From Nitrosopumilus sp. (GTDB lineage: Archaea > Thermoproteota > Nitrososphaeria > Nitrososphaerales > Nitrosopumilaceae), in contig OZ244650.1 of NCBI GenBank assembly GCA_965218785.1, forward strand, positions 96,001 through 160,000: DNA of 64,000 nt, read 5' to 3'. The translations under genes were made by a program, and so were the position numbers. This document shows positions 28,636 through 37,893 of the stretch, in pieces (the stretch's first letter is position 1; every line of letters starts with the position of its first letter). Under the pieces are notes generated by a model. It searched no databases, was not told the origin of the DNA, and saw only the letters and a list, made by a program, of their open reading frames with translations.

Positions 28636-30597
28636 TCAATCAGTAAGATCACTGTTATCATCTACTTCTTCTACTCCTATCTTTTGCGCCTCACCAATCC
28701 CGGCATCTTTGATCTGGCTTTTTCCTGCTGGTAGTACCCGGACAAAATCATCAATGCTGATCTTTTTTGTAATATCCTCCTCCATTCTGGAAAACTCTAG
28801 TCTGATCTTTTTGGCAGCATCGACCATCTCCAAGCCGTGCGGCTCTATTACTGCAAAACATATAGAACTCCTCTTTATCGTCTCAGGAGGTCCGCATGTC
28901 AGGGCATATCCATCCTCCTGCGGAATTATCCCCACAGCTAGTTTGAGGGTCTCTGATTTTATAAAATTCCGCTGTCCCTGGATTGTAAATGATCCCTTTG
29001 GCAGAAACTCCCCGCTGGGAGCAGATCTTTTTACCTGCTCGGGATTCACCCAGTACGCACTTACTCCGTACATTCCCTCCCTCCACGCACGGCTAAAACA
29101 TACTGTGGCATGTGCCACCTCGTTCATGCTTTTATCAGGTGCATTTTGCGCATCCTTTAGTATGAAAAACGGTGATCCAAAGATGTCCCCGTGAAATATA
29201 CGGTCGTTCTTTCCCAGATGCTTTCTGACTACTGCCGAGTTTGATGCCGCATCCCTCCCGCCAATTACAAGCATGTCATCAGATGTAAAGAACCATCTGT
29301 ACCTCTCATACCAGTTCTTCTTTCTTATCTCTGATACCAGTATCTTGTCTTTCTCTGCCTCTGTCTTGTTCTTCATTTTTTCGAGTCTTGTCTCCGCCTT
29401 CTGTTTGACTTGTTGAATCGAACCTATTGCACCTGACTGTTTTTTTGCCTTGTCAAAGAGTACGGATGCAATTGACTGCAGAGGAGATTTCACATCTATC
29501 TTTATCTTTTCATCCCCGATTACTACCAGCGAGACTCCCTTCTCACTGGTTAGTCTTGCGTTATATCTTGCCAGAATCTCCTGTGCCGGGACATCCTCAA
29601 TTGATGTGATCCCAGCTGCTACCATCTCATAAAGGGAGTTGGCAACATTTGTAATGTGTCTTGCCCTCTCCTTGACTGTCTCTATTGCCTTTTCCTGCTC
29701 GGAGACCTGTGTTTGCAGTTCCTTGATCTTTTTATCAGAATCACTTGACTGTATCGCCTTTCCTCTTTCTAGCAATCCACCGGTAAACACCGTATCTAAT
29801 CCCTTGATAAAACTCTCTGCCTCTGTTATCTCACCTTGCAGTCTGCCAAGTCTTACCGGACAGACATCGGTCTTTTCATTTCTTACTATTATGGGATCGT
29901 GTCTTCCCGTGATGACATCTGAGACAATCTTTGTAGCAGTCTCAAAGATGCTCTTTACCTCTTCATCATCAAGCTGGTTTCCTATCTTTTTTGAATCAAC
30001 TCCTGCAATCTCAAAGATACCTTCAACATACTTTTTTGGAAGACCCAGCGTCCGCCCGATCCACTTTGCGGAAATTATCTCCGCCTTTCTGAGATCATCA
30101 AAATCAGATATCGTCATGTTAAAGATATCCAACCCGCTCTCCGGTGGCTGCACATACTCTAGTCCGACACCGAGTTTTCTGTGTCTGACATCTATGGCGT
30201 GCTGCAATGCCAGAATCTTCATCTCGTTGTTGCACAGCAGAATGTTTCCATCACCGAAAAACTCGCCTACCAGCACGAACTCTTTTCCAAATCCCTCAAA
30301 GGTAAAATATGCGATTCTCTCCGAACCGATCTGTTCGATCTTTTTTAATTTCAGTCTGAGCAGATCACTTCGAAGCCTTTTGAGCAGCCGGTTTGGCTCC
30401 ATCTGCTCAATCTTTACTGATGTAAGCCAGACACCTGATGTCGATATCATCATAAAGAGATCGCTTTTTTCGGTGTGGTGCAGTTTGAAGAGGATGCTAT
30501 CCTTTGTAATTCCATAAATATTGCTGATATAGTAGTCTTGGACCTGCTCTGATATCTGTTTTACCAGATATCGCAGTTCTATTCCCGCCAGAGTCAT
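28636..30597 (-). CDS. rqcH: NFACT / RqcH ribosome quality-control protein
   Basis: NFACT-N (IEQIGSERI, EFFGDGNILL), coiled coil, WYERYRWF, IGGRDAASN and APSGEFLPKGSF. Confidence 0.93.
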   Translation of the reverse strand: MTLAGIELRYLVKQISEQVQDYYISNIYGITKDSILFKLHHTEKSDLFMMISTSGVWLTSVKIEQMEPNRLLKRLRSDLLRLKLKKIEQIGSERIAYFTFEGFGKEFVLVGEFFGDGNILLCNNEMKILALQHAIDVRHRKLGVGLEYVQPPESGLDIFNMTISDFDDLRKAEIISAKWIGRTLGLPKKYVEGIFEIAGVDSKKIGNQLDDEEVKSIFETATKIVSDVITGRHDPIIVRNEKTDVCPVRLGRLQGEITEAESFIKGLDTVFTGGLLERGKAIQSSDSDKKIKELQTQVSEQEKAIETVKERARHITNVANSLYEMVAAGITSIEDVPAQEILARYNARLTSEKGVSLVVIGDEKIKIDVKSPLQSIASVLFDKAKKQSGAIGSIQQVKQKAETRLEKMKNKTEAEKDKILVSEIRKKNWYERYRWFFTSDDMLVIGGRDAASNSAVVRKHLGKNDRIFHGDIFGSPFFILKDAQNAPDKSMNEVAHATVCFSRAWREGMYGVSAYWVNPEQVKRSAPSGEFLPKGSFTIQGQRNFIKSETLKLAVGIIPQEDGYALTCGPPETIKRSSICFAVIEPHGLEMVDAAKKIRLEFSRMEEDITKKISIDDFVRVLPAGKSQIKDAGIGEAQKIGVEEVDDNSDLTD

Positions 30598-30846
30598 ACC
30601 AGCATGTCTCACGTCTGAAATTATACTCTTGCTATGTGCCTTGTCAAAAGTTCCGATTGTGTTCTAGCTTGACCCCATCTCACGATGAATTCGGTGGTCT
30701 GCCGCAAAACACGCCAGCTTTTAGATCATAATGTTGGGAAAATTCAAATTTATGGCATAGTTTTACTCAGAATGAGCACAATCGGAACTTCTGCTTGTGA
30801 CCAAAGATATTAAACATGGTCTGCTTGAGACACGCTAGAAATTTAC

Positions 30847-31344
30847 TTGGCGAAATTCAAAAAAAAGAGATCCAGCCCCACTCCCGAATCTGATGATTCC
30901 AAGATGGGGGCAGAACAGGCTGACATTCCACAGATAGAGAACATTGGCTCTGCCGGTGCTGATGCCACTACACCTGAGACCCCCTCATCGGATCTGCCGA
31001 TAGGCGACCCTGAGAAGAGCGAAAAGGACAGAAAGCTAAACAGGCTGTTTTGGATGCGTGTAGGTCTGGCAGTACTTGCCGGCACTGCGTCAACTTTTAT
31101 CTTTGAAGATATAGAAGGCGAGGACAGGAGATGGGCGTCAATCGGATTTATGATTTTGGTATTTTTTGGCACAATCATGGTTGCAAAATCAATGAATATG
31201 CAGCTGCCACACTCTGACCGGAAAAAACTCGTAACACAGGGAATAGGCAGTTACATCTTTTTGTATCTGTTTGTCTGGATCGTAACGTATACGTTTGCCA
31301 ATTCTGCAGGCTCTACAACTGGAATTTCAATGCCGGTCTCCTGA
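30847..31344 (+). CDS. Three-TM membrane protein (possibly archaeal EMC6-like)
   Basis: Disordered N-terminus, then three TMs ending GIGSYIFLYLFVWIVTYT. Confidence 0.65.
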   Translation: MAKFKKKRSSPTPESDDSKMGAEQADIPQIENIGSAGADATTPETPSSDLPIGDPEKSEKDRKLNRLFWMRVGLAVLAGTASTFIFEDIEGEDRRWASIGFMILVFFGTIMVAKSMNMQLPHSDRKKLVTQGIGSYIFLYLFVWIVTYTFANSAGSTTGISMPVS

Positions 31345-31347
31345 TAT

Positions 31348-31950
31348 GTGGTTGTAATGTGGAAATACAAGACTCCGGGGATTCCAGATGAATACTTTGA
31401 GCGCACTGAGAATGTCCCAATTACAAAGGAGGAGGCAAGGACCATTCAAATCAGCAAGGCAAGACTGCACCCCGGATATACAGTTTATGATGTGGGATGT
31501 GGAAGCGGCTCTGTCTCAGTTGAGGCGGCACTCCAGGTGGAATCCTCTGGTAGTGTGCTGGCAATTGACTATGATCAGAGCGCCGTGGAACTAACCAAAA
31601 AAAACATCCGCAAGTTTGATCTCTCAAACGTGTCGGTGATTTACGGTAATGCCAAGGAAAAGATACCAGAGCTGGAAAATAAAGCGGATGCGATATTCAT
31701 CGGAGGAACGGGTGGTGACACCGGGGAGATAGTCCGACTATCCGAGGGCAAGCTAAAGTCCGGCGGCAGGATTGTCATCGGTGTAATACTAATTGAGACG
31801 CTGTATTCCGTGCTGCAGGCCCTAGAGAAACTGCAGTTTGAATCAGTTGACATAACACAGGTAACCATATCCAAGAGCCGGAAGACTAGCACGGGAACCA
31901 TGATGCTTGCAAGAAACCCTGTAACCATAGTCTCTGCCACCAGAACCTGA
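31348..31950 (+). CDS. cbiT: Cobalt-precorrin-6B C15-methyltransferase (decarboxylating)
   Basis: GIPDEYF, PITKEEAR, DVGCGSGSV and MLARNPV. Confidence 0.93.
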   Translation: MVVMWKYKTPGIPDEYFERTENVPITKEEARTIQISKARLHPGYTVYDVGCGSGSVSVEAALQVESSGSVLAIDYDQSAVELTKKNIRKFDLSNVSVIYGNAKEKIPELENKADAIFIGGTGGDTGEIVRLSEGKLKSGGRIVIGVILIETLYSVLQALEKLQFESVDITQVTISKSRKTSTGTMMLARNPVTIVSATRT

Positions 31951-31985
31951 CATTCATTTTTAATTGGGAGTATAGCCGTATCATC

Positions 31986-32711
31986 ATGACTGGATTGATT
32001 GGAATTGGAGTGGGTCCCGGAGATCCCGATCTGCTTACAGTCAAGGCAGTAAAGGCAATCCATAATGCAGACATCATTATGTGTCCGGCATCCGGGGAGG
32101 ACCGGCCCAGCATTGCGTTATCAGTCGTTTCATCCCTGATTGACAAATCAAAAAACCAGGATATTGTAAAACTGATATTTCCGATGACAAAAGACAGGGA
32201 CGTTCTAGAGCAGACATGGAAAAAAAACGCCAAGATAATGGCAAATACGGTCCTGTCAGGAAAGAACGTCGTTTATCTTACCGTGGGTGATCCATACCTG
32301 TACAGCACGTGGATCTACATGCACAAGGATCTTACAGAAAACTATCCGGACATGCAGATCAGCGTAATACCTGGAATCGTCTCCATCTTTACGTTTGCCT
32401 CAAAGGTGGGCGTCAGTATTGCAGAGGGCTCAGAAAAGGTGGCAATCATCCCGTCGTGCTACGATCTGTCTAGTGTAAAGGAGATTGCAAAACACTCCGA
32501 GACCCTGGTGTTTCTCAAGGACGGGAGATACTTTGATAAGGTGATCCAGGTTCTCAGGGAGTCGGGATTTCCAGATGATTCCATCTTTGCAATAGGGCAG
32601 GATCTTGGAACAGAAAACGAGATCATCAGAAAACTGACTCTGGCTCAGGCAGATGACGGAGTCACGCTTGCTACAAAATATTTCTCAATACTGGTGGTAA
32701 AGCGTGTCTGA
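31986..32711 (+). CDS. cbiL: Precorrin-2 C20-methyltransferase
   Basis: GVGPGDPDLLT, FPMTKD and GDPYLYST. Confidence 0.92.
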   Translation: MTGLIGIGVGPGDPDLLTVKAVKAIHNADIIMCPASGEDRPSIALSVVSSLIDKSKNQDIVKLIFPMTKDRDVLEQTWKKNAKIMANTVLSGKNVVYLTVGDPYLYSTWIYMHKDLTENYPDMQISVIPGIVSIFTFASKVGVSIAEGSEKVAIIPSCYDLSSVKEIAKHSETLVFLKDGRYFDKVIQVLRESGFPDDSIFAIGQDLGTENEIIRKLTLAQADDGVTLATKYFSILVVKRV

Positions 32712-33468
32712 TGTATTTTTTGTCGGATGCGGTCCCGGCGATCCGGAACTAATCACGATCAAGGCTAAAAAATTAATTCAAAAGGCAGACGTTGTAGTGT
32801 ATTCGGGCTCATTAATCCCACCGCCAATTCTGAATCTTTGCAAGCGGGGGAAACTACACGATGCCTCAAAACTGATCCGAGAAGAGATCTTTGATCTGCT
32901 GTATAAAAACGCGAAAAAAGGAAGACTGGTGGTAAGATTACATGACGGTGATCCGTCAATTTATGGCGCCATAAAAGAGCAGATTGACAACCTCGAGAAG
33001 AAGGGAATCCACTCGACTGTAGTTCCGGGAGTCACCGCGTTTTTAGCATCGGCTGCCGCACTTTGTACACAGCTCACGCTTCCCGGTGTCACGCAAACAA
33101 TTATTGTAACCAGGGCAGAATCGCGAACCAAAGTCCCAAAACGCGAGAGGATCTCCGAGCTTGCAAAGCACGGGGCAACACTAATTTTTTATCTCAGTGT
33201 GCACCTTCTCTCAGAACTTACCGCAGAAGCAGTTGCAGGAGGATACAAAAAATCAACGCCCGTGGCAGTGGTATACAGGGCAAGCTGGAAGGATCAAAAA
33301 ATTGTAAAGGGCACGCTTGGCGATATCACAGATAAGGTCAAGGCAGAAAAAATTACCAGGACTGCCATCGTTATAATCAGTGATGTCATAGACCCGGAGA
33401 CATACGAGTATTCAAAGTTGTATGACAAGAACTTTAGTCACGGTTACAGAAAGAAAAGCAAGAAATAG
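32704..33468 (+). CDS. cbiF: Precorrin-4 C11-methyltransferase
   Basis: GPGDPELIT, RLHDGDPSIYG and SKLYD..FSHGYR. Confidence 0.93.
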   Translation: MSDVFFVGCGPGDPELITIKAKKLIQKADVVVYSGSLIPPPILNLCKRGKLHDASKLIREEIFDLLYKNAKKGRLVVRLHDGDPSIYGAIKEQIDNLEKKGIHSTVVPGVTAFLASAAALCTQLTLPGVTQTIIVTRAESRTKVPKRERISELAKHGATLIFYLSVHLLSELTAEAVAGGYKKSTPVAVVYRASWKDQKIVKGTLGDITDKVKAEKITRTAIVIISDVIDPETYEYSKLYDKNFSHGYRKKSKK

Positions 33469-33488
33469 ATTAAAGATATCAGAAATAG

Positions 33489-34262
33489 TTACGTCAGTTC
33501 CAGTCCGGAGATCTTGCTTTTGATTCCAACATGACACAGTTTTTCCTCCAGTTCGTGGGTATCACCTGAAGTAAAGATCTGCAGTGAATTTTTTTTTGAG
33601 GTACCTGCGTACTTTTTACCTAATCGTTCTGCCAGTGATACGCTGGGATCAACAAAGACAACATCTGGAAAAATCTCTTTAAGAAATTTCAAAAGAAACG
33701 GAAGATGCGTACTTGAGAGTGTTGCCACATCCACGTCATTATCAGCAAATATCGGACCCAGTATCTTTCTGATGATGTTACCGCACAACACGGGATCTGA
33801 ATAGAATTTACCGCTCTCCACTAGCTCGACTAGGTCAGATGTATTGATTTTGATAATTTTGATACTGCCTATATTGGAATTTCCGATGTACTCATCTAGT
33901 AGCCTGCTCTTTACAATCGACTCTGTTGCCATTATTCCGATTGTACCACTCTTTGTTATCTCTGATGCCTCACGCAACGGAGGCAGCACGGTTAGAACGT
34001 TCCCCAGCTGCGGATCCATCGCAAGTGACAGCGTGTTTGAGCCTACTATGATCAGTTCTGGTTTAAACAGGCTTTCAAGCCTGCTGACCGTATTTTCCGC
34101 GATTGCCTTAATCTCCCTGATCGACTTTCTTCCATATGGAAAATTTTTGGTATCGGCAAAATACACGATATCGCACTTGATCTGCCTTTGTATCTGCCTT
34201 ATAACGGACAGCGAACCCAGACCAGAGTCAAATACGACGATTTTTACCATATCTGAAACCAT
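33489..34262 (-). CDS. Glutamate racemase (MurI)-like protein with both catalytic Cys replaced by Ser
   Basis: FDSGLGSLSV and FPYG.KS present, but GSNT and SSTHLP instead of CNT and CTH. Confidence 0.8.
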   Translation of the reverse strand: MVSDMVKIVVFDSGLGSLSVIRQIQRQIKCDIVYFADTKNFPYGRKSIREIKAIAENTVSRLESLFKPELIIVGSNTLSLAMDPQLGNVLTVLPPLREASEITKSGTIGIMATESIVKSRLLDEYIGNSNIGSIKIIKINTSDLVELVESGKFYSDPVLCGNIIRKILGPIFADNDVDVATLSSTHLPFLLKFLKEIFPDVVFVDPSVSLAERLGKKYAGTSKKNSLQIFTSGDTHELEEKLCHVGIKSKISGLELT

Positions 34263-34353
34263 ATCAAACGTGATTTATTTTGTTAGCTAAATTTAATCTA
34301 AAGTTGATCTAAATATACACCCCTGATTAAGAGTGAATTTCTAAATCACAAGC

Positions 34354-35004
34354 ATGCCAAACTTCGATAAAACTTGGGCTCGACAGGAGACCCAAAGTGT
34401 AACTGGCAAACTCCGTGAAGCAGTAAAGCCTCAAGGTGCGTTAAAACCACGAATTCAGACTGCAGTAAACAAGCTACAGGTTCAAATATCCAAAATGGAC
34501 TCGATGCTGACAAAACTGCACGAAAGGGACGCCCAGCTCTTTCAGAGGGTCGTGGCGGCAATGCAGCAGCATGATACTAGCACAAGCAGGGTTTTGTCCA
34601 ACGAATTAGCTGAAATTCGCAAGGTTACAAAGATGCTCGGTAACGCAAGAATGTCATTAGAACAGGTCCAACTTAGACTGACAACTATTCATGATCTTGG
34701 AGACGCAATGGTGGCAATCGGACCGGCGATGTCTACAATGAAGGGATTAAAGTCCTCATTGGGAAGATTCATGCCAGAAGCAGACTCTGAGTTGAACACG
34801 ATGACCCAGACACTTAACGGACTGATGATGGACTCCCTTGCAGGAGACTCGTTTAACATGGAATCAGACGTTTCAAGTGAAGAGACAGAAAGGATTCTAC
34901 AGGAAGCATCTGCGGTAGCCGAACAACAGATAGGAGACAAATTCCCATCTGTCCCATCATCCACAGGACTTTCGTCCCAAAGCTCTACATCTACATTTGA
35001 GTAG
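34354..35004 (+). CDS. Snf7 / ESCRT-III (CdvB-family) protein
   Basis: ELAEIRKV, LEQVQLRL.T..DLGD and ILQEASAVAE. Confidence 0.9.
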   Translation: MPNFDKTWARQETQSVTGKLREAVKPQGALKPRIQTAVNKLQVQISKMDSMLTKLHERDAQLFQRVVAAMQQHDTSTSRVLSNELAEIRKVTKMLGNARMSLEQVQLRLTTIHDLGDAMVAIGPAMSTMKGLKSSLGRFMPEADSELNTMTQTLNGLMMDSLAGDSFNMESDVSSEETERILQEASAVAEQQIGDKFPSVPSSTGLSSQSSTSTFE

Positions 35005-35050
35005 AGACAGACGAACAGTTCATTATTTTTTATTTTTTTTAGTCATTTGG

Positions 35051-36220
35051 TTACTGCCACAGTTTTTCCCTGAACGTCCATTTCTTATTCAGGATAAAGT
35101 TGCTAAATGCCCCGGTCAGAACGCCCACACCCAGCGCTGCCGTATACATCCAGTCATGACTATCCACTAGTGAGAAGACGACACCGAGCTGAATCAACGC
35201 GCCAAGCGAGCTAAACGCAATAAACTTTGAATACTGTGAAATCGTCACCTTGAATGCAAAGTTTCTGTCACCAAACGTCCACCATTTGTTTAATACAAAG
35301 TTTGAAGTCATCGAGGCAATTATTCCAATGATGTTTGCATGAATGTACCAGATTTCCGTGATTCCAACTGAGAACATTAATGATATGAGATAATTGATTG
35401 CAAATCCCGCCGCGCCGACAGTGTAGAACCGGCCTGCCTTTGAGAGGAACCTTACGGACTTTTTCTTTTCCTTGTGCTCGGCCGACCTGCCAAAACGGTA
35501 CAGCTTCCAGACGGATTTGGTGTAGTCAAGTATTGTAGATGAATCCATCTTGCTTGAACCAAACGTCCTGTTCTGAAACGTGTAGGGGATTTCTTTTACG
35601 CAAAGCTCCCTTTTTTTGACCAGGATCTCCAGGAGAATCTTAAATCCAATCGCGTCAAAGTTCAATCCCTTTAGTATTCCCTTTCTGAATGCAAAAAATC
35701 CCGACATGGGATCATCAGTCTTTACATCAAGGCCCTTTTTTGCAATCATCGTTGCAATCCTGCTTAGCAGCTTTCGCTTCTTGTTCCATCCTTTTATCTG
35801 GCCGCCGGTGATGTATCTGGATGCCACCACCATGTCGCACTGGTACTTCTTTAGGGCATCAATCATCTTTGGAATAATCTGCGGAGGATGCGAGAGATCA
35901 CTATCCATTACAACGATTGTATCACCGGTTGCACGCTGGATGCCGCTAAGTATTGCCGAGCTCAGTCCGTTTTTTGTCCTTCTGTGTATGACATCAATGG
36001 TGTATCCTGCAATCTTTTTTACGTTACTCCTGTAATCATCAACAATTTTACCTGTACCATCCGGAGAGTTGTCATCAACTACTATTGCCTCAGTAAAGAT
36101 GCTTTTTGGAATGGTTTCACCGATGGATTTTAACACATTGAGGATGTTTTGTGATTCGTTGTATGTGGGAATAATTATTGAGATCTGGGGGTTTTTCCCG
36201 TTTCTGGTTTCAAGTGCCAT
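35051..36220 (-). CDS. GT2 dolichol-phosphate glycosyltransferase fused to a GtrA-like domain
   Basis: IIIPTYNE, VDDNSPDGT, MDSDLSHPP and DPMSGFF; C-terminal NF.LNK.WTF repeats. Confidence 0.92.
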   Translation of the reverse strand: MALETRNGKNPQISIIIPTYNESQNILNVLKSIGETIPKSIFTEAIVVDDNSPDGTGKIVDDYRSNVKKIAGYTIDVIHRRTKNGLSSAILSGIQRATGDTIVVMDSDLSHPPQIIPKMIDALKKYQCDMVVASRYITGGQIKGWNKKRKLLSRIATMIAKKGLDVKTDDPMSGFFAFRKGILKGLNFDAIGFKILLEILVKKRELCVKEIPYTFQNRTFGSSKMDSSTILDYTKSVWKLYRFGRSAEHKEKKKSVRFLSKAGRFYTVGAAGFAINYLISLMFSVGITEIWYIHANIIGIIASMTSNFVLNKWWTFGDRNFAFKVTISQYSKFIAFSSLGALIQLGVVFSLVDSHDWMYTAALGVGVLTGAFSNFILNKKWTFREKLWQ

Positions 36221-36405
36221 TTAATTAGAAGAAAAAATCAGTAGTTATTAATTTTTTAATAAATTTTCTAGGTTTCAAGCCTAAAATTACGATGTTGATT
36301 GGAAAAACAGGTTAATTACCGGATCTGGTTGAGGTAGTATCTGCTGATTTGATCGATGGGTACCCCAAAGATGATGTGTAGATGACTCAACAATAACCCA
36401 TTTAA

Positions 36406-37863
36406 TTATGGAAACGCAGTTGATTTGATTATAGTATCATCTATCTCTGAAATCTTTATCCTGTACTGTTCCATGGAATCCCTTTTTCTAACTGTAACCG
36501 TATCATCCTCTAGCGTCTGATGATCAACTGTTACTGCAAACGGCGCGCCAACCTCGTCTAACCTGCGGTATCTTCTTCCTATGGCCCCCGAATGATCCAA
36601 AAACGCATCACACTTTCTCTTGATCTGCGAAAAAATCTCATCTGTCTTCTCCTTGAGGCCGTCCTTTTTTACCAGGGATAAAATTCCAACATGAACCGGT
36701 GCCAGATACGGTTTTATAGATAACACCATCCGCTCGTGTTCCTTGTCTTCTTTGAGGCTGTGCTCCAGGATGGTGTACAGACTCCGGTCAATTCCCATGG
36801 AGATCTCAAAGACGTGGGGAAGAACCTTGTCTTCATTATCCATCACCTCGAATTTTTCCCCGCTGTGTTTTGCGTGACTGGACAGGTCGTAATCAGATCT
36901 GTAGTTGCACGCAACTAGCTCAAGCCATCCAACTGCAGTCTCCACCTCAAAGTCATAGGCAACCTCTGCATAGAATGCCTTTTCTTTTTCACCGAGCCGT
37001 CTGAACCTGCTTTTTGTAATGTCAATTCCGGTTTTTTCATAAAACTCGGTTAGTATTCCCAGATAATATGCGACAAACCTGTTTGGTACGGCACCTGATT
37101 CCACTGCTTCACTGCACGTCATGGACACCGGTGTTGCATCTGTCTGAATCCTGATTATGGTATCCTGGATCTCTGGGAATTTTTCCATCTCTGCGAGCTT
37201 TGCAGGATTGCAAAACACCTCGATCTCTGCCTGATAAAACTCCCGAAGACGTAGAAGACTCTGTCTTGGAGCTATCTCATTTCTAAAACTTTTTCCAACC
37301 TGGGCAACGCCCAGTGGTAGCCTTCCCCTCATGGTCTTAAAGAGCCTGGGAAAGTCCACAAAGATTGACTGACACGTCTCTGGTCTGAGGTATGCCTCCT
37401 CTTCTTGCGGACCAATACCAATCCGGAACATCATGTTGAAATTCCTTGTCTTCTCAAAATCCCCCTTGCATTTTGGACATCTTATACCGTTCTCTGAGAT
37501 GGCATTATCAAACTCGGTCAAATCAGCGCTTTCAGGAATCTCGATCTGCGCAGTCTCGGCAATCATTCTATCTGCCCTGAATGTAGAGTTACACTTGACA
37601 CACTTTATTATTGGATCCGCAAAGTTACTTAGATGACCTGATGCCTCAAAGACTGACTTTGACATTATCTGGGAACCGTCAATCTCCAGCATTCCATCCC
37701 TCCTGACAAGCTCCCTTCTCCATAACTCTAAAAATTTATTTTTCAGACTGACTCCAGACGGTCCATACTCCCAGAATCCCGCCTGGGCATCGGCGTAAAC
37801 CTCACAGCTGGGAAAGTAAAATCCCCGCTCAAGTGCCAACTTTATTACTGCGTCATAATCCAT
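36406..37863 (-). CDS. glyS: Glycine--tRNA ligase
   Basis: YLRPETCQ, FRNEIAPR..LLRLREF, PHVFEISMGIDR and GAIGRRYRR.DE. Confidence 0.96.
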   Translation of the reverse strand: MDYDAVIKLALERGFYFPSCEVYADAQAGFWEYGPSGVSLKNKFLELWRRELVRRDGMLEIDGSQIMSKSVFEASGHLSNFADPIIKCVKCNSTFRADRMIAETAQIEIPESADLTEFDNAISENGIRCPKCKGDFEKTRNFNMMFRIGIGPQEEEAYLRPETCQSIFVDFPRLFKTMRGRLPLGVAQVGKSFRNEIAPRQSLLRLREFYQAEIEVFCNPAKLAEMEKFPEIQDTIIRIQTDATPVSMTCSEAVESGAVPNRFVAYYLGILTEFYEKTGIDITKSRFRRLGEKEKAFYAEVAYDFEVETAVGWLELVACNYRSDYDLSSHAKHSGEKFEVMDNEDKVLPHVFEISMGIDRSLYTILEHSLKEDKEHERMVLSIKPYLAPVHVGILSLVKKDGLKEKTDEIFSQIKRKCDAFLDHSGAIGRRYRRLDEVGAPFAVTVDHQTLEDDTVTVRKRDSMEQYRIKISEIDDTIIKSTAFP

Positions 37864-37893
37864 GTCCGATTCACTTTATCATTGAATAAATTT

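Noticed and set aside
29639-30517. 292-aa plus-strand ORF and many similar antisense ORFs in the track
   Set aside because: Shadow frames opposite well-supported genes, with Ser/Ile/Phe-rich antisense composition and no motifs
30620-31347. Cobalamin riboswitch upstream of cbiT-cbiL-cbiF
   Set aside because: No B12-box or other consensus elements recognised; only the inverted repeat reported above
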